DNA from: the human T2T-CHM13v2.0 reference genome, Homo sapiens
Direction: 5' to 3' (one strand)
Assembly: GCF_009914755.1 (NCBI RefSeq)
Contig: NC_060939.1
DNA: 64,000 nucleotides
Within the stretch, counting starts at the first letter, position 1, and each line of letters begins with the position of its first letter. Made by a program: the position numbers and the translations under genes. The notes beneath the pieces were generated by a model. It saw only the letters and a program-made list of their open reading frames with translations, did not search any database and was not told where the DNA came from. Shown in pieces: positions 50,260 through 64,000 of this stretch.

Positions 50260-50537
50260 GGACCAGGTGTGGTGGCTCATGCCTGTAATTCTAGCATTTG
50301 GGAAGTCAAGGCAGGAGGATGGCTTGAAGCCAGGAGTTCAAGACCAGCCTAGGCAACATAGCAAGACCCCATCTCTACAAAAAAAAAAAAAAATTAGCCA
50401 TATCCATAGTCCCAGCTACTCAGGAGGCTGAGGTGGGGGACTCCTTGAGCCCAGGAGTTTGAGGCTGCAGTAAGCTATGAATATGCCACTGTACTCCAAT
50501 CTGAGTGACACAATGAAACCTAGTCTCAAAAAACAAA
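50260..50537 (+). mobile_element. AluJ with deletion
   Basis: TSD AAA(G)ATCTTCA. Confidence 0.94.
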
Positions 50538-50919
50538 ATCTTCAGCAATTAGAGACCAAGCAATTCTTCTAGCAACCAAAAGAAGAGAAAAGAATTTGCA
50601 AGGGAGGAGGGGAAATATCACACAAAGTGTTATCTATTTCCAAGTTAATTTCTCATTTGTTTTGTGTTTTTATTCTGATCTATCTCACCTTGGACAGCTA
50701 TCCTGAGCCACACAAACATAAGGGCTAGTTTCCTCCACTGCAAACTCTGTGAAGTGGAGTCTCTGCAGCACTCTAATGTCCTTGCTAGGAAGGATGACTA
50801 AGTGGTAGATGAGGACTATGTTTAACTCTTCACGTCGTGAAATCAAAGCATTACAGAAACAATCTGAGTATCATGTATTTACCTTGTATCCTGGTTACGC
50901 TCTCTCAGAATGGAAGTAA

Positions 50920-51145
50920 CTTAGTGAAAAGTATATGGGCTACAGAATCAGGTAGATATGTCTCCAAACCTGAGCTCTATCACTTTCCAATTGTGTGACC
51001 TTGAGGAAGTTGTCTGCCTAAATTCTAACCTGTTTCCTCAACTGTGAAGGGTAAATGAGAATTCCTACTTCAAGAATTAAATGAAACGATGTAAGTAAAG
51101 GAGATAGCACACTGCCTGGCATATTATAAGTCTCAAGTATTATTT
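50920..51145 (+). mobile_element. MIR
   Basis: TTGTGTGACCTTGAGGAAGTT...CCTGTTTCCTCAACTGTGAA...GCACACTGCCTGGCAT. Confidence 0.8.
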
Positions 51146-51632
51146 ACTTTGAAAATCTTCCAGATTTTCAGCTTATTCATCTATGAAAAGAAGGATCCAA
51201 ACAGATGATCACTAAGGCTCTTTCCCGGGGTGGAACGATCCATCCAAGTGCTATGAGTCCATGGGACTGATGTGTAGACATGACTAATGTATTCTGATGG
51301 CTCCACTTTCTCCTATTTTGAACCACAATATACAAACTGAAAATCCTGAGACACTTAATTGAAAACATCTCTTTCCACAGGTCGTCATAAAAATGATTTT
51401 CAAGACGTGGAAAATTCGAGGCATCTCAGGCCTTTTTCTAGGACTCTATCACACAAAAATGCTAGCTAGCACAAGTAGTTGAAGATGTATATACATGTGT
51501 ATTCACAATTATTGCAATAGTCCCAAACTGGAGAATGTTTGTAATGTGGTTTGTAATTCACATAAGGATCTAAGTAGCATTTTTTTGAACTCAGAAAATG
51601 TCAATTAAATATTGTTGCATTAGAAAAGCTGC

Positions 51633-51723
51633 TATATATATTTGTGTATATATGTGTATATATATATGTATATATGTGTGTGAGTATATATATGTGTATA
51701 TATATGTGTGTGTATATATATAT
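51633..51723. repeat. (TA)/(TG) low-complexity repeat
   Basis: Seen directly. Confidence 0.95.
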
Positions 51724-53019
51724 GGCATGATCCCACTTGGAGATTTCTATAAAGGTTATATATGTGTATAGATAAATATTTCATTAGTCTACTTTCTTTT
51801 TGTATGCTGACTACATGGAAAGTGCAAGAGAAAAAAGGTAGCAGCAATGTGTATGAATTGTTTAAGTGGTAACCTAGCGGAAAGTAGAGATTGAGGCAGC
51901 CTATCTCTATACTTCATAAGGTATCAACAGAAGAAAACATCTTAAATAGGGTGATTATGACTAATTTTTACTTCTTTTAATGTGCTTTGACTATTTTCCA
52001 AATTTTCTATACTGGATTATAAATGTTTAAGACCGAGAGGACTCCTTTATTATTTTAATTTTTTAAAGTTACCCTCAGTTACATATAGGCTCATTCATTT
52101 AGTTTTGTAATAGTGTACTTAAGGCAAGAAATACACCAAAGAATAACCTTTTAATTTCCAGAAAACAATCATAAAATGAATCGATTTCAAGATTTAAAAA
52201 AGCAAAAATACGAATGGAAGGGAACTTTCTTAAACTGGTAACAGCTATAAAAACCAACAGCAAACATTACATATCATGGTGAGATTTTAAAGGCATTCCC
52301 ACTAAAGAAAAAAAAAACAACAAGGATGGCCTCTATCACTGCCTCTATTCAGCATCATGCAAAATCGATAAGAAAAAGATCAGTAGTAGAAAGGGAGAAA
52401 CAAAACTAACTCTGCATACAGACAACACAGCAGACTACATGGAAAAATGCAAAAGCATCTGCAGACAAACTGCAAGGATTAATATGAGAGTTCACTAAGG
52501 TTACTGGATCAGATGTGTTCCTCTGATGACTAGAAAGCATAATTGATAAGCAATCCTTGCGTTATACCAAAAAAACTATAAAGTACCTGAGAATATAATA
52601 AAATATGTCAAAGACTCATGGAAACAATAACAACATATTATTCTACAATATAAAAGAACAGAATAAATAAATGGGGAAATTTGCCATGATCATGGCTGAG
52701 AAAACACAATATTGTAAAGAAGTCAGTTCTCCCCAGATCATTCATAACAATGTAAATACAAACAAAATCTATACATTTGGGGACTTTTGTCTTGTTTTGT
52801 GTGTGTCTGTGGTGTGTGCATGAGTGATTTAATCAACTTCTCCTAAAATTCACATGAGAGAAGAAAGGGCCACTAATACCCAAGACAATTTTGAAGAATA
52901 ACAAATTAGGAGTTTTACCATCTCAGATATTAAGATTTATTGTATAACTTTAATAATTAAGACCGTACTATTGGTAGAATTAAAGACAAAGCAGTGATCA
53001 AAATTAAGACCAAAAACAG

Positions 53020-53348
<329 letters not shown>

Positions 53349-53421
53349 TCAGTGGGAAAAAGACAGCTGATTCAATTAGATGCTGGGGCAACTGTTAGCA
53401 ACATTTTAAAAATTAAATCAG

Positions 53422-54086
<665 letters not shown>

Positions 54087-54328
54087 AATCCCTACTTGAC
54101 CAAAAAAAAAAAAGAAAGAGAAAAAGAATTCCAATTAAAGTACTAAATATGAAAAATCAACCATTTAAAATAAAGGAATAATAATCATAACATAAAATCA
54201 TAAACTATTTAAAATAAAGGAATCATAATCATAATATCTTAGGGGGAAAGAAAGATTTCTTGGAGCAACAGGTCTGAAATAATAAAGGGAAATGTGGACA
54301 AATATGATTACTATAAAATTTAAAACCT

Positions 54329-54746
<418 letters not shown>

Positions 54747-54898
54747 TCATTCTAGAATACACAAAGAACTACAAATCTCAACTACTTGCTGGACATTCAT
54801 ACCTAACCTCTTAGCAGCACCTTATTCATCAAAATGCCAAACTGGTCAAATTTTTAAAACAGAGAATGCATTAGTTATGTAACCAGAATAAATGATAA

Positions 54899-55295
<397 letters not shown>

Positions 55296-55871
55296 ACACC
55301 TATTTCTTTCAACGGCACTGCCATTCTACCAGTCACTAAAGCCTTGAGACCACAGGGAGGGAGGAAGAACCTCAGTCTTCCCTCTTCTTCACTTCTATAC
55401 AAATTGTCACTGAATTTACAATGTGTTCAATAGTATTTAAACCAATTTCATTAATTAATTACAATTCATAAACTGCCAGAGTATCAAATGGAACCATTTT
55501 AGGAGACAGGAGCATAGGCTAGAAATCAGTATCGCTTGTTACTTACGGAGTAACACGTACAACTGAAGAAAATATGCTAAAGGCAAAATCCCCTACAGAG
55601 GTAAAATCTAAAGAAACAATAAAATATATTTACAGAGAGACAGATAATGAGCAACAGAGAAAGACAACTCACTGCCACAATAGAGGGTTGCAAAGTGCAG
55701 TGGAAATTATCAAACTACGAACCAGGAGATCTGGATTCTAATCTAAACCCTGCTTTCAAAATAGCTGTGAATTAAAGCAAGTTACATACTATCCCTCGTG
55801 TTTAGCTTTCTCATCTTAAAAATAGGATGATTGCTAAACGTTGCTACAGCTCTAAAATTCTATAAGCCTTC

Positions 55872-56343
55872 TGTTATAGACTGAATGCTTGTGTTCCCCC
55901 AAAACTCATTTGTTGAAACACTACCCCCTAATGTAATGGTCTTAGGAGATGGGGCCATCGGGAAGTAGTTAGGATTAGAAGAAGTCATGAGGGAGAAGCC
56001 CTCATGAATGAAATTAATATCCCTCTTTTTACTTTTTCTATTGTGGTAGAAAACATACAACGTTAAATTTACCATCTCAACCATTTTTAAGTTTACAGTT
56101 CAGTAGTGTTAAGTATATTTACATTCCTTCTACTAGTTCTGAGAGAGCTTGCTTCCTTTCTCTACCAGGTAAAGACAGAGCAAAAAGATACTCTCGAGGA
56201 ACCATGAAGCAGGCCCTCAGCAGGAGGAATCTGCCGGTGCCTTCATCTTGAACCTCCCAGCCTGCAGAATTATGAGAAATAAATTTTGTCATTTAAGCCA
56301 CCCAGTTTAAGTATTTTGTTATAGCAGCCTAAGCTATGACGCA
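55872..56343 (+). mobile_element. MLT1A/MST-type solo LTR containing a ~100-bp L1MB 3' tip (~56025-56125, - strand)
   Basis: TGTTATAGACTGAATGCTTGTGTTCCCCC start; insert ATTGTGGTAGAAAACATACAAC...AAGTATATTTACATT. Confidence 0.85.
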
Positions 56344-56666
56344 TTTTTTGTTAAACAGATGGGGAAAGTGTAATTTGGACTGAACAAGTAATGTAAGTCT
56401 GCAGCTCAGTTTCCTTCTAACAATCTTAAAAAATCATTAAGGCAGCTATTAACTTTCCAAAATAGAGTAATGCCAAATATTTCAATAAAACAAATTTGCT
56501 TTTTCCTCTTCTCAACCTTTCAGCTCTTCCCTAAGTTGTGAAGTGCAAATACAATATTATGAATTACTAGTTAGCAGGCCAGCTCATCCCCAGTACTGCG
56601 TCGCCAAGTACCTATGAAAGTATGCCGGTCATACCTATAAAACTGGGAAGCAGGTTGCACACATAA

Positions 56667-56994
<328 letters not shown>

Positions 56995-57089
56995 ACGATA
57001 TGAAATTCTTATCGCTTAGGCTGAATAGGGATTCAACCTCATCTGAACCATACATACCTCCTGTAACTTCCAACAAACCTCTTGCTCTA

Positions 57090-57392
57090 AATGCTTCCTA
57101 ATCCATTGTTCCACGGTTTCTTTACAGAGTATTAGTTCTACAAGATGCTCGAAGAAAAAAGAATTCTACAAATGTTTCAGAAACACTACAGGTTATCCCT
57201 CATTCCTAATCAATTCACAATGAACATTCAAACATTAAAGGCTTTGAGAAGCCCCAGAGTTAAGAAATCTGATTTCTACTGTTTAATCTAGGGTTTCTCA
57301 ACCCATGTGACTGTTAACACCCTTTCTTCACAGAATGTTTACTAATACCCTATAAAACTGGTATTCCAAGGAACTCACTTTGGAAGGTACTT
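57090..57392. mobile_element. hAT-Charlie fossil (Charlie4-like)
   Basis: ACATTAAAGGCTTTGAGAAGCCCCAGAG...GGAACTCACTTTGGAAG. Confidence 0.5.
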
Positions 57393-58555
57393 GAGTAAAA
57401 TCTTTTGCTGAAAGTTTGTTATTAGATTAAATTCACATAGCTAAACTGAAACTGTTTTTTTTTTGTTTTGCTTCTGACACTGTACCATTCAAAGAATCAT
57501 TTATCTATTTCTAAATATTAATTTTCCAACATCCAACTATTTAAGGTTAAACGAACAGTAAGACTTTCCTCCTGACACACGCAACTGAAACCTACCAATC
57601 AAAGAATATGGTCACATGTGACAGAAACTACCACCAGCTGTCTGGTCCAAGTATGTAAACTGCTATTATCCTGTCACAGTATAACTTATATCTTGTCTGG
57701 TTGTTCTAGTTTCAGTTTGGGAACCGCACAATTTACATTAAAAACAAAAATAAACTTTTAAGCAAAAGTTAATTAAAATACAAAGTGAGAATAATTTAAA
57801 TTACCAGCAAAATAAGGGAAATAAAAACTAAAGATGGACAAGCCTTAAGACATATCCTATGAAAGAAGAAAATCTATTAAAAACAAAAAAAAATAGAACT
57901 TATGGGACAATAGTCTTACACTCCTCATTCATATGGAAAACGTCATTGCTTGAAGGTTGACTTAGATTTGCAGAGGATAGGCAATACTTGTACAAGTAGA
58001 ACACATTGTTAGCTATTTACACACTTCAGCTTTCCAGTGTTTGCTTTCTTGATAGTAAGTGTTCTTTTGTACATGTAGCCATGTCAACAACAAAGAAAAT
58101 AAAGGGACAGCCTGCCCTAAATTACAAACAACAAAAACACTCAGTCCTAGGAGGTTAGATAACAAAATGGTGTTTATCAAGTAAGCTTTGAATCCTTTCT
58201 AGGGATTGTGTGACACAAATCGTTACAGCACTTGAAGACTTACTGTCAAATCTCAATGAAAATCACAAAAAAATTAATCTGTCCTCATTAAATAAACTCA
58301 GTTACTATTTCCAATTACAGCTATTACTAAATAGAGAAGAAAAAGCATTGAATCTTAGCTCCTGTTGTCAAATTCTATGTTTGTATAATTTTAAGATCAC
58401 ATTTTTTTATATATTAATGCCCACTCCTCTTGCTGTCAGTTCACACCATCTCCCTTCAAGCTCCCATTCAAAATGTATCACTTTCAGAAAGTCTTACATT
58501 ATTGACATAATTCAAGACGTCTGTCTACTCAACAACCGTGGTACTAAGTATTTAA

Positions 58556-58905
<350 letters not shown>

Positions 58906-59109
58906 AAAGTTTTTTTATCTCTATATATGTGCATGAATTCTTCTCAATTACAATATCCTGAGGATTTCTTTTATCATTCAGGACTTATCAAAAGTTCTAT
59001 ATTCCTTTCATTAGAGGATCTGCCACAAAAATCATGATTTATTTGGAGCCTTCTGTTTTACCTTTAACATTCATACAGAATGTAGATTCAACACCGTAAC
59101 ACATTTTTT

Positions 59110-60050
<941 letters not shown>

Positions 60051-60059
60051 ATTTTATAT

Positions 60060-60190
60060 ACTTCTTTATTTTTAGAAACAGGGTCTTGCTATGTTGCCCT
60101 GTCTGGTCTCGAACTCCTGGGCTCAAGTGATTCTTTCTCCTCAGCCTCATAAAGGGCCAGGATTACACGCATGAACCACCACACCTGGCC
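60060..60190 (-). mobile_element. FLAM
   Basis: Left monomer only; TSD TCACAATTT. Confidence 0.88.
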
Positions 60191-60687
60191 TAGTCACAAT
60201 TTTTAAAAATGTTTTTGATTAATTCATTTGTCTCAACTCTTCAAGTAAGACTGATAGTACTATATTTTCCCAACATCCAACAGGAACCTACTGAATAAAG
60301 TTGCCCAGAAGACCCACACGAGTCTGAATGTGGTCACTGAACAACGCCTTTACTTCTCTCACATCCCCTGCTCAATTCAACAAACATTTATGAAACAAGC
60401 AACTATACTGTGGTAACTGAAGAAGAATATAGAAATTAATTAGGCCATGATCCCTGTCCCTGAGCAGATCAGAGAAACCCACAAGACCTAGTTCAGTGCC
60501 GGCAACTATAACGTGTCCAGTGAATTGATCAATTTCACAGTTCTCCTTAATTACCTGCTAAATTGTAGGAGGAAAGTGGACTTCTCCAGACAAGTTTCTC
60601 TGGACAAAGTTCCCATGTTAAGCACAAAGAACAATACCTGCGTGTGGAATGGAAATCAACATAAATTTTTTTAAAAACACTCAACCA

Positions 60688-61126
<439 letters not shown>

Positions 61127-61578
61127 CTATCCAATGAAATAGAAAATTTATGGGTGAGATAACTACAAAAAATTTATTAGTACAGATTCCAGCATTGCAT
61201 CCACCAGACCAGATGAATTCAGTTCTGAGCAATGTCTGTAATCACACAGAGCTGTTCCCTGAATGGCAATAACCCAAGCTACTTTCTAGTGGGTCTCTTT
61301 ATTTATTGCAATGTCAATCTTGTCATAGATCCTACTACTTTGTCTCTGGGTACAACCACAAGAGACATTTCGCTTATAAGAACAAGCCCACTTCCCTTAA
61401 TAATGGCTGGTTATGTCACCACAGAAACAGCTTTACCTCCAAGAGAATCTGGTAAAATGGGCATTATGGGAAAAGCTGCTTTTCTCCACCGTAAGTGTCT
61501 CATCTGAGGCCTTCATCATTTCTGGATTATTGCAAAGCCTCCTACCTGGTATGCCTTCCTCCAGTCTTGATGCCCTGA

Positions 61579-62041
<463 letters not shown>

Positions 62042-63032
62042 CGAAAATGTTTATTTTTAAATAATTTCAAACTTACAGAAATATTGCAAGAATAATAAAA
62101 AGAACTCCTGATTCTTTTCATCCAAATTCACCGTTTACTAACCTCAGTGAGAGCAGGAACTGTATATTTTATTCTTAGTGTCTGGCACATAGTCAGTATT
62201 CAATAAATTCATGGAAGAAATTAATCTGTGTGTGAACTGAGGAGGAAGTAATGAAGGGCCCAGCTTCTGGTTAAACAGAGTGGATGGAATACAAATGTTA
62301 CCTGTACTTCCTCCCAAATACTCAAATAAGTATTAAAGATATATATATCTGGAAGCATAAATCTGTAAGGACAAAGAGAAGATATGACAGTGGCCAAAAC
62401 TGACTTGGCAGCCCTAGTAATGTGAACCTTAGAAAAACAGCCCAAAATAAAGGCTCAGGCAAAGGAGGCAGAGGTAGGGCTGAAAAATCTCAGAAAGAGC
62501 AGTTAGTCACTCCCCCTCATCTCCTGTCCAACACAATAAATCACATAACCAACACTCCTTCCAACACCAGCAGAAAATCTCTAGAGAAATGCATTCAACT
62601 GATAATCGGGCAAGCAATTCCTGGATGCCAGGCTCAGTTCTAGATGCCCAGAAATCTCCAAGGGAACAAAGCTTAGTCCTGCCCTCATGGAACTTACATT
62701 CTATTGGGGAACCACAAGCAGGAGGATCTGTGTTAGCTCAGATGTCATGACTGCTATGGCGCAAGAGGAAGCAGGCCGGTGGGTAGGAAGCGTGGGGCAG
62801 TTTTTGCTACAGAGCAGAGATCTAAAAGGAAGGAGAAGTGAGTGATGCACAGGACAAGGGAAACAGCCCTCCAGACAGAGAGCAGCAGGTGCACATACCT
62901 CAGGATGGACGCATAATTAAAGAGGGTACAGCAAAGTAGCTGCGGTTGCGGGGAGCGGTTAGGCAAGAGTAAAAGGGCAGCAGAGAAGTCACAGATGTAG
63001 TGCGGGCTCGGTCACAGGAGGAGCAATCTGAG

Positions 63033-63202
63033 CAATGATTCCTCTGCTCAGCTGCACACTGGACTCACCTGGAGAGCTTTAAAACACTCAAGAGTCCCAC
63101 CAGAGTTTCTGATTTGAAGTTTGATTGGTATGAGGTGTGGCTGGTTGTCAGCAGTTTCACAATTTCCCCAGGTGGTTCTCATCTGTAGACAGGTTAGGGC
63201 CA
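63033..63202. mobile_element. MER5A1 hAT fossil
   Basis: GCTGCACACTGGACTCACCTGGAGAGCTTTAAAA...TTCCCCAGGTGGTTCT. Confidence 0.75.
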
Positions 63203-63626
63203 TGGAATTAGAGGAACTCTGGATGCAGGGACCCCAAGCATAACTGGTGGAAGAGGTGGAGGGGGCTCCACTGGAAACAGGAAGATAAAGTAGAGGGTGT
63301 CCAAAGTCAAGCGCAAGACTCCAGCCTCTCCAAGACTCCTTTCCCATCTAACTCTGGGACACCACGGACAGAAAATGCTGGCTTCCAGACAGACTCACAT
63401 GCCTCTGTTGCAGATTGGTGTGGGCAAAAACCAAACAACGAATGCTCCCAGCATGAGGAAGAGAAAAGCCAAACGGGGTGCTCCTAGTGTTTTAATTCCT
63501 TGAAAACTGAGAGGTAAACCCCAACCAATGAATAGGAAAAGTAAAAAACCATCATGAGAGACTGAAAGAAAAAGATAAGCAAAATAGAAACATCTGTAAT
63601 ACGTAGATGCGTTTGGGGACCACATC

Positions 63627-63943
63627 CAGTCATCCCACCATATAGGAGGCAGGGGGCCAGGGAGGGAGAGGTTGGTTCCAGAACCCCTGAGGATACCAAA
63701 ATCTGTGGATGCTCAAGTCCCTGACACAAAATGGTGAAGTATTTGGATATAACATACAACATCCTCCTGTACACTTCAAATCACCTCTAGATTACTTATA
63801 ATAATTAATATAACATAAATGCTATGTAAATAGTTTTACTATTTTTTTATATTATTTTTATCTTTTGAGTTTTTAAAAATATTTTTAATCTGCTGTTGGC
63901 TGAATCTGTGGATGCAGAACCTTCAGATACAGAGGGTCAACTG
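63627..63943. mobile_element. MER2 (Tigger family) MITE
   Basis: GGATACCAAAATCTGTGGATGCTCAAGTCCCT...GATACAGAGGGTCAACTG followed by TA. Confidence 0.88.
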
Positions 63944-64000
63944 TAATTAAATAAGCAATTTAACTGAGTGGTATCATCCCTCAGACTCCCTTTGAAAGTC

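Overview
Primate (very probably human) non-coding genomic DNA. It looks like the interior of a large intron. A-rich skew on the + strand and mostly +-oriented old L1s suggest a host gene on the - strand (inference; gene not identified). About half of the window is transposon-derived: ~44 Alu/FLAM copies (many with readable TSDs), L1PA/L1PB/L1M pieces, THE1, MLT1/MST and ERVL-type solo LTRs, DNA-transposon fossils (Tigger3a, MER2, MER58A, MER1A, MER5, MER63, MER33, Zaphod), MIR/L2, and microsatellites. I find no credible protein-coding gene: the ORF track is Alu or microsatellite translations, broken L1 ORF2 and chance ORFs. I recognise no tRNA, rRNA, snRNA or miRNA, and there is no CRISPR array. 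The best candidate for something undescribed is a CpG-retaining, non-repeat-looking segment at ~5455-5760. It follows a strong + strand splice acceptor and hand-folds into five nested helices (41 bp, 9 of them G-U) capped by three hairpins, on the + strand only. Other points of interest: two twin-primed inversions in old L1Ms, an internally deleted L1PB in a multi-layer nest, a serially reused target site, close inverted Alu pairs, a minisatellite arising in an L1 3' end, an IRF-motif cluster and a candidate 33-nt minus-strand microexon. Repeat family names come from my recall of consensus sequences; boundaries are approximate and need RepeatMasker/Dfam confirmation.
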